Part shown: positions 39,692 to 48,962 of the stretch, piece after piece | How the letters are laid out: each line of letters starts with the position of its first letter | How positions within the stretch are numbered: the stretch's first letter is position 1 | Assembly: GCA_009859145.1 (NCBI GenBank) | Contig: VRVR01000015.1 | Location: forward strand, 1-64,000 | Direction: 5' to 3' | DNA from: Andalucia godoyi And28 | Lineage: Eukaryota; Protista; Jakobida | DNA: 64,000 nt | Program-made: the position numbers and the translations under genes | The notes under the pieces: model-generated | Told to the model about the DNA's origin: nothing | What the model saw: only the letters and a program-made list of their open reading frames with translations | Database searches by the model: none

Positions 39692-40903
39692 ATGCAATCG
39701 ACTCGTAGGTCGTTTGGGCATGATCATGGAGATCCAGTAGATCGGCGTCGGCAAGAAGTGGTGGAAGCCATGAAGGACAACGTTGCCCATTTCATTCATT
39801 GTCTGACTGAGTTGGAGCTGCTTGATTTCAAATATTGGGTTTCGAGCGCAATTGATCATTGCAGTACGCATGATCACCGATCGACAACGGGAGGCCTTGT
39901 GGATCACGGCAGCCGCCTCGGCATTCCATCGTCGAGTGCGTACCCGCGTGGCGATTTCGACGCGGAAAGCAATAGATCCTCGAAGCTTCTTGCCCAACTC
40001 ATGCGTGATCTGAAACGGCAGCTTGGATTCAACGGTTTTCCAATATCATCTCCGGTCAGCAGTCTTATCAATAACAGCATTAATCATTACAGCTCCCACA
40101 ATGGCGGCAACAACAATAGTAACAACAACAGTGGCAAATATAGTCATGATCATGAGAACGTGGTTCGTGAATCGGTTCCGTTTGGATGGCCGCAGTGGGG
40201 AAAGTGGACGTCCACTTATTCGCAGGACAGGACAATCATGGTGGACGCGTTTCTGTACGATGATGCAAGTGTCCGTGATCTTGGCGACGGCGGTCTTATT
40301 CCGCGCTCGTTCTGCAAGACATGCGGATCATGGAAGCTGCAAGATGCTCAGTACATCTCATATTCACCGTCTCTGGAAGCGATGCAATATCTATTTCGAG
40401 AGCTCTTGCCGACTCCGCACATCTCCAGCATCCGGATGTTTCTTGTCGTTGGCAGCGGCTACGGCTCGGCCTTGTTTTGTGCCCATGAACTGCTGGGAAA
40501 CATCAGCACCAACGAGTCGGCCACCAAGATCGTCGGTATTGAGCAAGACGGATCGCTCTGCTATGTCGCAAACCAAATGATTGAAAAATACGGGCTGGGC
40601 AAGCGGGTGTCCGTTCTTCAGGGTTCCGTGGAGGATCATGCAGCCGCGCTTGAGACTGCAGATGTCGTATTCCTCAGTGATCCCTTCGACTTCTTCATGC
40701 CCCCTTCTCGGCAGCGTGAAGCTTGGATGGCTGTCAAGAACCACGTCTCTCGTCGAGGAGTGCTCATTATCACCACTCCGTCCCTGAAGGAGTTGGAATC
40801 CCTCATTGGAATCCGATTCGACGACTGGGTTACCGAGCTTCCCGGCCGCGAATCATCCGACGAATCCCGTGCTCATGATATGCATCTCTACATTGTGAAC
40901 TAG
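39692..40903 (+). CDS. Uncharacterised class I SAM-dependent methyltransferase-like protein with CxxC (zebrafish zgc:109986 type)
   Basis: VDAFLYDD...PRSFCKTCGS...YISYS...QYLFRELLP; motif I LVVGSGYG; motif II VGIEQD; ADVVFLSDPFDFF. Start moved to ATG 39692. Family name is from memory. Confidence 0.82.
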   Translation: MQSTRRSFGHDHGDPVDRRRQEVVEAMKDNVAHFIHCLTELELLDFKYWVSSAIDHCSTHDHRSTTGGLVDHGSRLGIPSSSAYPRGDFDAESNRSSKLLAQLMRDLKRQLGFNGFPISSPVSSLINNSINHYSSHNGGNNNSNNNSGKYSHDHENVVRESVPFGWPQWGKWTSTYSQDRTIMVDAFLYDDASVRDLGDGGLIPRSFCKTCGSWKLQDAQYISYSPSLEAMQYLFRELLPTPHISSIRMFLVVGSGYGSALFCAHELLGNISTNESATKIVGIEQDGSLCYVANQMIEKYGLGKRVSVLQGSVEDHAAALETADVVFLSDPFDFFMPPSRQREAWMAVKNHVSRRGVLIITTPSLKELESLIGIRFDDWVTELPGRESSDESRAHDMHLYIVN

Positions 40904-41165
40904 GCAGTGCTGGCCCGCCTCGCTCGTGATTCACAAAACCGCAGAGGCAGCCCCCGCAGCCGTAAATTTTTAAAAATGGAAGAAAAATTCCCCGACGTGA
41001 AACCGAAATTGATGCTACTGTTGATGCAACTGTGCATCGCATACTCAAATCAAACAGCTCGAGTGTCTTCAAAAAGTAAAATTGCTATCATATTTGTGGT
41101 TTTTCTCTTCTCTTTCTTTGATTTTCTTTTTTCTAGTTTCTTTGCATTGTCTCTTTCGAGTGAGA

Positions 41166-43865
41166 ATGGGTGCGACAGGCTCAAAGGAGTTTCCGTACAA
41201 AATCGGCAATGCTGTGTCTCAAGGCCCAAGCGTGAATCCGCATCCTCTATGGCGACTGCACGACGCGACTCATGCGCAGACTGGTGAAACATTTTCAGTG
41301 TTTTGCTTTCCTTTGAATTCCACACACGGCAGCATCAGCACGAGCACGAGCACGAGTAGCAGTAACAGTAACAGTAGTAGTATCGGTCGTGGTTTTAGTG
41401 GCAGTAGTAGTGATGGTTTGGAAGCGGCAAATTGTGCGCGGGAGACGCTGAAGCGGGCGAAGACACTTCTTCATCCGTCGTTTTTGAAGTTTGTGGCTGG
41501 AGAAGAAGTTGCGTCGCAGGCAATATACATCGTGACCGAGCACGTGACGCCGCTGTCAGTCTACCTGGCGTCGTGCGCATCGTCGTTTGCGGCGTCAACT
41601 CGGGCATCGATGGTTTCTGCGTATTGGTGGGGTGTGTCGCAAGTGGCGGCTGGTTTGGAGTTTCTGCATGCTCGCAACATGGCTCACCATGCAGTGTCGC
41701 TTGATGCAGTGTACGTGACGCGGGCGGGCGATTGGAAACTCTTTGGAACTGAGTTTGCAGACGACGCACTCGTTTCGTTCTTTTCCATCTTTCCGCGAGC
41801 GCTGCTGCCGCCAGAGCTAAGTCCACCGGCACCACCCCCGTCGTTTGCATCCACAAAGCACATTGATCACCAAGCAATTGATATCTACGGATTCGGAAAA
41901 TTGGCATCGAGCGCTTGGGATATCCTGTTTCCATCGCAGACATACGGGCTGCCTGCAGAGGCAAAGAAGCTCTTCACGGTGCAAATGACCAGTCCGTCAC
42001 CAGCTCACCGACCGCCCATCGCAACGGTCGTCGCGCAGTTATCGCCGCTCTTTCGATCGTTTGTGTATGTCCAAACCCGTACTCTGCTGTCTACATTCGC
42101 GCTGCTGGATGCTGCAGACCGCGAAAGAGTCGTGGAGAACGCGGTCACGAATGAGCCCTCCATGCTCACAGACGAGTTTCCTGCAGATGGAGCGAAATAT
42201 GCTGTTATTCCGGCAGTTTTGGATGCTCTACGCACCGGCGTAGTTCAGCCAGTGAAGACGCTCGATGCTGTGCTTTCTGCTGCCCGATCTCTGTATACGA
42301 CGGCCGAATACGCAGCGGTCGTCACTCCAGCAATCATTGATTTGTTTGCTCGGTCAGCGGCACCAGCGGCGACATCTGGACAGTCTTCCGCGACACTAGG
42401 TGTTGGCATGGGTGCGAATCACAACAGCAGCATGCTGAGGCTGTGTTTGTTGAACAGCGTGGCGTTGTACGGAGACAGCTTGACGGCAGCTGCGCTGAAC
42501 GATACCGTGTATCCGCAGTTTGCTGCATCCTTCAACGACATAGTGCCTGGAGTGCGCGAAGCAGCAGTGAAGGCGTGTGTGTATCTGGTGCCGCGGCTTC
42601 GAGAAAATGTAGTGTCATCGGGTGTGTTGCGCGCGCTGTGGAAGCTGCAGACGGACAATGAGCCAGCGATCCGCACCAACACAGTTATTTGCATTGGGAA
42701 AATCGCGCCGCATTTGTCGTCCGAGTCTCGAGCGAAGGTCTTGGTCCCGGCGTTCCAGAGGGCACTGCGGGATCCCTTCCAGGCATGTAGACAGGCTGCT
42801 ATCCTGGCCACTGCGGCATGTGCAGATCTGTGTGGTGTCGACGATTGCGCATCGAAAGCGATTCCTATGATTGCTCCGTTTCTTGCCGCTCCCCAATCAG
42901 AGGTTCGAGAAGCGGCTTACAAGTGCATCCAGTTGCTCATGCAGCGCATCAAGGCTGGATTTGAATCTCCACCAGCGGGTGAAGGCAGATCCATGGACTC
43001 GGATGCTACGCCGAAACGACCGGGTATTGCTGCCCCTGGAGGTGAGTCCACCAAGAAGGATAAGCTGATCTCGTGGGCGGCAGCGACGCTCAAGACCCTG
43101 TCTTTTGGCTCTGCTCCTCTCACCAACTTCCCGAGTACCAGTACCACCGTAAGTTCCGGTTCGAACGGGAGTGCCAATCCCAGTGCTGGGTCGATCACTG
43201 CATTGCCAAGCCGTTCTGGCGCAGTCGATTCAGCGCCAATCTTGACGCCGACTCCAGCTTCGGCTCCCCCTCCGGCTTCGACTTCAGCTTTGGCATCGGC
43301 TCCTTTCTCAACGATGTCTACAGCCTCAAAGAATGTCATGAATTCTCAAAGGAGTGGAATGAGCTTATCAAAATCAGCTAATAGCTCTGCGAATTATGAT
43401 CCTTGGGCGCCGATCGCTCCCGTACCGAAGAGTGCACCTGCCCAGAGTTTTGCCGAGGATGCCGACGATGGGTGGGGTTCGTTTGAAATGGCACCACCAG
43501 CGCCAACGCAGCCGCCGTCTTTCGCATCTTCCGTGTATTTGGCAAGTGCATCCAACGCTCCAGGTACCGCAAGAAAGCCCAGCGGTGGTGCAGCGCGAAC
43601 GAATATGCCTGCCTCTGTGCCTGCAGAGGATGACTGGCAGGATGCGATTGGTTCAGAATGGAAGATGCCGGTCTTGCCTCCCGCAGGGAATCCAGCGAGT
43701 TCTGGCGACCTGCTGTCATTCACAGTGGAGCTCGTTACCAAGCCTGTGGCTCTCAGCTCAGTTCCTCAGGATCCCATGAATCTTGAGAATCGCGGAGATG
43801 AGCGATCATCAGCATCTGCTCCCAAGCTACGTGCCGGAAAGTTTGGTGCCGTTCGCAAGATGTAG
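41166..43865 (+). CDS. SCYL1: SCY1-like pseudokinase with HEAT repeats (SCYL1/Cex1)
   Basis: KRAKTLLHPSFLKF; IVTEHVTPL; HHAVSLDAVYVTRAGDWKLFG; QTDNEPAIRTNTVICIGKIA; RALRDPF; C-terminal KFGAVRKM. ATG 41166. Confidence 0.9.
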   Translation: MGATGSKEFPYKIGNAVSQGPSVNPHPLWRLHDATHAQTGETFSVFCFPLNSTHGSISTSTSTSSSNSNSSSIGRGFSGSSSDGLEAANCARETLKRAKTLLHPSFLKFVAGEEVASQAIYIVTEHVTPLSVYLASCASSFAASTRASMVSAYWWGVSQVAAGLEFLHARNMAHHAVSLDAVYVTRAGDWKLFGTEFADDALVSFFSIFPRALLPPELSPPAPPPSFASTKHIDHQAIDIYGFGKLASSAWDILFPSQTYGLPAEAKKLFTVQMTSPSPAHRPPIATVVAQLSPLFRSFVYVQTRTLLSTFALLDAADRERVVENAVTNEPSMLTDEFPADGAKYAVIPAVLDALRTGVVQPVKTLDAVLSAARSLYTTAEYAAVVTPAIIDLFARSAAPAATSGQSSATLGVGMGANHNSSMLRLCLLNSVALYGDSLTAAALNDTVYPQFAASFNDIVPGVREAAVKACVYLVPRLRENVVSSGVLRALWKLQTDNEPAIRTNTVICIGKIAPHLSSESRAKVLVPAFQRALRDPFQACRQAAILATAACADLCGVDDCASKAIPMIAPFLAAPQSEVREAAYKCIQLLMQRIKAGFESPPAGEGRSMDSDATPKRPGIAAPGGESTKKDKLISWAAATLKTLSFGSAPLTNFPSTSTTVSSGSNGSANPSAGSITALPSRSGAVDSAPILTPTPASAPPPASTSALASAPFSTMSTASKNVMNSQRSGMSLSKSANSSANYDPWAPIAPVPKSAPAQSFAEDADDGWGSFEMAPPAPTQPPSFASSVYLASASNAPGTARKPSGGAARTNMPASVPAEDDWQDAIGSEWKMPVLPPAGNPASSGDLLSFTVELVTKPVALSSVPQDPMNLENRGDERSSASAPKLRAGKFGAVRKM

Positions 43866-44085
43866 GAGTACTCTTCCGATATCCAAGAGATTTTGTTGTT
43901 TTCTTTTTGATTTTCAAATGGAACAAACAAACAATCAATCACGGAAGAGAGAAAGAAAGATGAAGAAGAAGAAGAAAATGTAACGTAATCCTTTTGTAAT
44001 GTACAACCATTGTCAGAACATCGACGTGTCGGCAAATGGATAAAAGAAGAAGAAGAAGAAGAAGAAGAAGAAGGTGGTGCGGCTG

Positions 44086-45012
44086 TTATGAATGCAATGT
44101 GGACAGGGCGATAGAAAGAGTGGCGAGTTCATCCTTGCAGGTCCAGACGGATGCCATAAGCGTCGCCACGAGTGTGTACTGGCACACAGCATGAGCCGTC
44201 ATCGCTGCAGGCCAGCACTTCTTCGCCGAGGACGAAGTGGTGAACTTGTCTTCGTTCCCGGAGTCGCACCATGAGAGCGCCGCCGTTGTCAGGACCACCG
44301 GGAGGATGAACCACGCCACGAGCGACATCACGAACCGATTCCGTTTCCTTGCAGCCGCCTCCGGGTTTTGCGTAACATACAGCGGCCGAACAGCAGCCCA
44401 CAGGATCCCCGAATTCGCCACGGCAGACAAGAAAAATATGCCGGCGTACACTTGGTGCCACACAAACGAATCTTCCAGGGTGATCGTCGCAAGCAGCACC
44501 AGAAACAAGACCGATGCGAACCCGAATGCAGAGTACAACAGCCGCAGCAGGGACAGCCGCAGCGGATTCCGCGACCATGACTCCACGACATCCGGCAGTG
44601 CTAGTCGCAGGCGCACCAGCAAGGTCAGCAGCAGGTAGAATGGCGCCACCAGCACAAGCCCCGCGGTAAAGACATACTTGCCCGGCACACGGATTCCCGT
44701 TTCGCTGAGCGCGGGGAGATAGTCGATCGATTCTGCGGTGATGAAGTACAGCAAGAGAGACGCCACGAGCGTAAAGCCGGTGCCAACAACCGCCGCTTTC
44801 GGCACGGCCGTCAGATTGACCGTTGACAGCACTTGCCTTTGCCCAATTGTCTCTGTCTCGCTGTCATTATCACTACAAATGCCATCATCATCATGATCAT
44901 TGCTGTTGTTGTTGCTGTTGTTGATGGTAGAGGTGGTGGTGTTGACGTTGTAGTTATTGGTGTTTTCAATGTCGTTGTCCGCACTCTGATCAACGAGCCT
45001 CTCGTACGTCAT
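44086..45012 (-). CDS. Frag1/DRAM/Sfk1 (TMEM150-like) multi-pass membrane protein
   Basis: YLPALSETGIRVPGKYVF, VWHQVYAGIFF, about 6 TM segments. Start uncertain (45012 preferred; upstream in-frame ATGs precede a GA microsatellite). Confidence 0.78.
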   Translation of the reverse strand: MTYERLVDQSADNDIENTNNYNVNTTTSTINNSNNNSNDHDDDGICSDNDSETETIGQRQVLSTVNLTAVPKAAVVGTGFTLVASLLLYFITAESIDYLPALSETGIRVPGKYVFTAGLVLVAPFYLLLTLLVRLRLALPDVVESWSRNPLRLSLLRLLYSAFGFASVLFLVLLATITLEDSFVWHQVYAGIFFLSAVANSGILWAAVRPLYVTQNPEAAARKRNRFVMSLVAWFILPVVLTTAALSWCDSGNEDKFTTSSSAKKCWPAAMTAHAVCQYTLVATLMASVWTCKDELATLSIALSTLHS

Positions 45013-45177
45013 TTCCCACGCAGCGTTGCCTTCCCTGTTGTTATTGTGCTTGCTTGTGAAACGCTCTCTCTCTCTCTCTCTCTCCCAAGTCCTTTCCTGC
45101 AACGCAGCAATCGATGACATCGAAACCTGACGAATCATTCTCGGCCGGACTATCAATACCGCCACTACGATCTTCTT

Positions 45178-45500
45178 ACGGTCAATACTGGCCGACACTA
45201 GCACGTTTGTTTCACAGGGAATTTGTGCTTACGCACGCTCGGCCAAACTTCAGCCGGTGACGCAGGCTCCGCATTTTCGACGCTCTTTAACGCAGCATCT
45301 GTAGCCATCTATTCTATCATTCGTTGGCTTCACTTTTTTAATTCAAATATGGGCATGAGTGCGCTGGGATGACGCATTCGCCTACGCCGCTCGATACAGG
45401 GCCTCCTAGGCCCCGCAGACCTCCTAAGAGACCACGGGTCACTACGCCTACCGCCTCTTCCTCTCGTGTCTCCAGTTGCGTCAATCGCTGCAACTGAGGA
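45178..45500 (-). repeat. Dispersed repeat family R1, copy B
   Basis: The reverse complement aligns along its full length with 28539-28868. Confidence 0.93.
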
Positions 45501-45948
45501 CAACACCGGCCAATCCAGCAAAGAAAGAGGAGTACTGTTGTTTTCCGCAATCCCGAGGGTGCTGGAGAGGAGGACCGCGTCGCTATCCAAAAGGCGAACC
45601 CTCGGTGTCGCCTTGACCAGTATGCAAAGATGTTCTGTGGCATCCATGCCGACGTCCGCAAAGAAGTTGTTCGAGAGGCTTGCAGTCGGGTTGGATCAGC
45701 TCAACGCGAGCATCGATCAAAACACTGGCTAGGAAAATGAAGGAAAAAGCGACTCAGTTCGTCATGAAACCTCGTGTCACGCTGCATTGAAGAGTTGGTG
45801 TTTGCCCCAAATTAAAAATATTACAAAAAAACACGTGGCGTGGATCTGTCTTCGATGACAGCTTCACTGGTGATTAATAAGGATTCATGTTTTGGCGAGC
45901 GGCAAAAGCAATGATGACGACGAGGAGGATGCTAATGATTAACATGGT

Positions 45949-48264
45949 TTACTTTCCGGCGTCCTTGGAGTAGGATTCTTTGAGCGTCACCACACGCACC
46001 AACACAATCTTCTCGCCCTTGACCGTATCCTTGTCGACGACGAAGAATCCGACGCGCTCCAGCTGCATGGAGGCACCGACTGGCATATCTGCAACGGACG
46101 TTTCCAATGCGGCATTCAAAACGATTCTTTCCGAGTTGGCATTGATCTGCTCGCCATTGTCATCATTGAACAACGGCTCGTACAATCGAACCTCCGCGGG
46201 AACAGATGAAGCAGCGGCGACCCAATGGATGTGGCCTTTAACCTTCTTGCGATCTGCCCAAACAGCGGTACATTCGAGCTCCTTGTCCGAGACAACACGG
46301 GTGCACTTCAGATTGATGCCGGCATACCGAAGACCAACTTCCTTGTTGGGAGCAAGTCCGTAGTAATCGGAAGAATCGACGGTGCGGAAATCAGAACTCT
46401 CAATGAAAATCTCTTTGCGAAGCTCAATCTTGCGAACACCCTTTGCAGTGTCCTTTGGATGGTTCGGAGCTTCAAGGTACACCACATCGGCAGTATCGCC
46501 GGGGTTGCGGAAAGCTTCAGGTCGCTCGTCCCAGTTCGTGATCGTCACCTTCACTGGCTCAAGAACTCCAAGTCGTCGAACAGCATGCTGATCATGGAAA
46601 ATCCTTGCACAGTGCTCGAGAACTTCATAAGAAGTAACGTTTTCTGCGCGAGTGACACCAACTCGATTGCAAAGATCCTTCAATATCTCTGGCGTGTATC
46701 CACGGCGGCGCAGGCCGCGGATCGTAAGAAGCCGCGGATCGTCCCATCCATGAACAACCTTGTTATTGACCAGAGCAATCAGCTTTCTCTTGGAAAGAAC
46801 GTTCCGGGTGATATTAAGTCTCGAATATTCCCACACAGAGGGCTTCCAAGTGTGAACAGCGTCGAGAATCCAAAAGTAAGGCTCTCGGCGAACCTCAAAT
46901 TCGAGAGTGCACAGCGAATGCGTAATGTTCTCGAACGAATCGCAGAGACAATGCGTGTAATCGTAAGACGGGTACACACAGTACTTATTTCCCGTCTTGG
47001 GGTGCGGGTGGAACTTGATACGGTATGCGACAAGATCACGCATATTGGGGTTGTCGTTCGCGTAGTCCATCTTGAGACGCAGCGTTGCTTGTCCTTCCTC
47101 GTACTGGCCCTCAACCATGCGCTCAAACTCGCGGACGGATTCTTCGATGGGGCGGTTTCGGTACGGCGAAGGAGTGCGCTTTTCGCGTGACTCTTTCATC
47201 TCGGCAGGGGTCTGATGATCCACGTACGCCAGATCTCTGCGGATTAAGTCGCGCGCAATGTCGAGCAGCTTCCCAAAGTAGTCCGAGGATGCAGTGACTG
47301 CGCAGGGAGTGAATCCCATCCAACGAACGTCCTCTTCGATCGACTGGATATACTCATCGCGCTCGGCCTCGGGATTGGTGTCGTCAAACCGCAGGAAGCA
47401 CTTTCCGTGGGATCCAGCCTCTGCAGCATATCCAAAGCTGAAGTTCATGGCCTTTGCATGTCCAATGTGCAGGTAGCCATTCGGCTCGGGTGGGAAACGA
47501 GTGACGATTGCCTGGGCGTCGCCAGTTTCTGCAATGTGCTTTGCAACCAAATCCTGAGTATTCCGAGAAGTGTTCAACTCCCGTCCAATCAACTCTCGCA
47601 TGGATTCCACCTTTTCTTCTTCCACCGCCTTCGTTTCTTCCACCTTTTTCTTCTCCTCCTCCTTCTTGACAACTTTTTTATCGGCCTTTGGAACAGGCTT
47701 CAGATCATCCTCTGTCTTTGGCCCCAGCACGCTCTCAAGTTTCGTCTGTGCCATTGTGCGCAGCGATCCAAAGTCCGCCCACTTCCACTGGCCCTCGCGG
47801 AACGGCTGCAGAATGTCTCCCAGAGGAACACGGTACCGCTCCTCCTTCAGCCGGACTGCAAGCTTTGCAAACACATCGTCCAACTTTGCAGTAAGCTGTT
47901 CAGCAGTGAACGAGACGCCAACTCCGCACTCATTTTCAAATGCTGCAGCGTCAATCTGTGCAACCTCGTCTCCAATCCTGTTGATGTAATTCACGGCTGC
48001 GTCCACCTGTGCATTGGTACGAAGTTTCTGCTCAGCAATGTACTTTGCAACAAACGGTCCGTGGGACCGTGAATTCACCGACACACGCGTCGCCAGGGTC
48101 ACGAGCTGTGCACCAATTGCCTTGTCGCAACCCGAACTCAGATTCACAGACGAGATCAAATCCGCAAGATACGACGCCAACTTTGTGTTCTTGGACATTG
48201 CCTTTGCATTTGTGGCTTCAACACCAATCCTTTCGAAAAGGGATGCATACTCGTCAGCAGTCAT
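45949..48264 (-). CDS. QARS1: Glutaminyl-tRNA synthetase, eukaryotic type with N-terminal domain
   Basis: TRFPPEPNGYLHIGHAKA, RFDDTNPEAE, YPSYDYTHCLCDS, THSLCTLEF, LSKRKL, WDDPRL. Confidence 0.97.
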   Translation of the reverse strand: MTADEYASLFERIGVEATNAKAMSKNTKLASYLADLISSVNLSSGCDKAIGAQLVTLATRVSVNSRSHGPFVAKYIAEQKLRTNAQVDAAVNYINRIGDEVAQIDAAAFENECGVGVSFTAEQLTAKLDDVFAKLAVRLKEERYRVPLGDILQPFREGQWKWADFGSLRTMAQTKLESVLGPKTEDDLKPVPKADKKVVKKEEEKKKVEETKAVEEEKVESMRELIGRELNTSRNTQDLVAKHIAETGDAQAIVTRFPPEPNGYLHIGHAKAMNFSFGYAAEAGSHGKCFLRFDDTNPEAERDEYIQSIEEDVRWMGFTPCAVTASSDYFGKLLDIARDLIRRDLAYVDHQTPAEMKESREKRTPSPYRNRPIEESVREFERMVEGQYEEGQATLRLKMDYANDNPNMRDLVAYRIKFHPHPKTGNKYCVYPSYDYTHCLCDSFENITHSLCTLEFEVRREPYFWILDAVHTWKPSVWEYSRLNITRNVLSKRKLIALVNNKVVHGWDDPRLLTIRGLRRRGYTPEILKDLCNRVGVTRAENVTSYEVLEHCARIFHDQHAVRRLGVLEPVKVTITNWDERPEAFRNPGDTADVVYLEAPNHPKDTAKGVRKIELRKEIFIESSDFRTVDSSDYYGLAPNKEVGLRYAGINLKCTRVVSDKELECTAVWADRKKVKGHIHWVAAASSVPAEVRLYEPLFNDDNGEQINANSERIVLNAALETSVADMPVGASMQLERVGFFVVDKDTVKGEKIVLVRVVTLKESYSKDAGK

Positions 48265-48962
48265 CTTTCTTTCTTTTTCCTCCTCTTCTTTTTAACTCGC
48301 TGATCTGTTCAATTTTGCTTTTCTGCTTGCCGTTGTCGTTGTGACTGAGTCCCAAATGAAAAGAGACAACACACACACACAAACACACAAACACACACAC
48401 AAAGAGGCTTAAACAGAGAGAAGAAACACCAAAGAGACTGAAACGGAAATGACCATGACAAAAGAAGAAAGAGAAAAACGAGTTGAGAGACACGAGAAGC
48501 AGTCGGAAAGTGACAAAGACACAAGGACATTCAGTGTAATGTCAGAGGCTCAGAGCGGCTCCGTAGACAGAAAAGCAAGGCGAATGTCACATTGAATGTC
48601 ATTGAATGTCATTGAGTCTCGTCATTTTTTCTTTTCGAGAGCCTCGGTTTCTTGCCGTTCGTACAGCACTGAGCACAACACACACATGACACGAGTTCAA
48701 CGTCACTTGAAATCATTTGTTTGGGCTTTTTGACGTCACGTTTTTGTAATTTCGCGCAAGTCGCAATCAGAAAGAACTGTCCAATTCTCCACTGTTGTCT
48801 TTGTTTTCCTTTATTTTCCTCTATTTTCTTTGATTTTCTTTGATTTCTTTTGATTTCTTGTTTTTTATAATTATTTAAATTGTTTGTTTGTTGTGGTTGG
48901 TCTCCCTTTTTTTCTCTCTTGCACCACTGCCTATCAGTCTGTCGGCGAGTTTTTGAGAAGGA
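48265..48962. promoter_or_regulatory. Divergent intergenic/promoter region shared by QARS1 and HSP110
   Basis: Head-to-head genes; tandem attgaatgtc repeats (~48582-48616); TGACGTCA palindrome at 48731-48738. Function inferred from position only. Confidence 0.4.
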
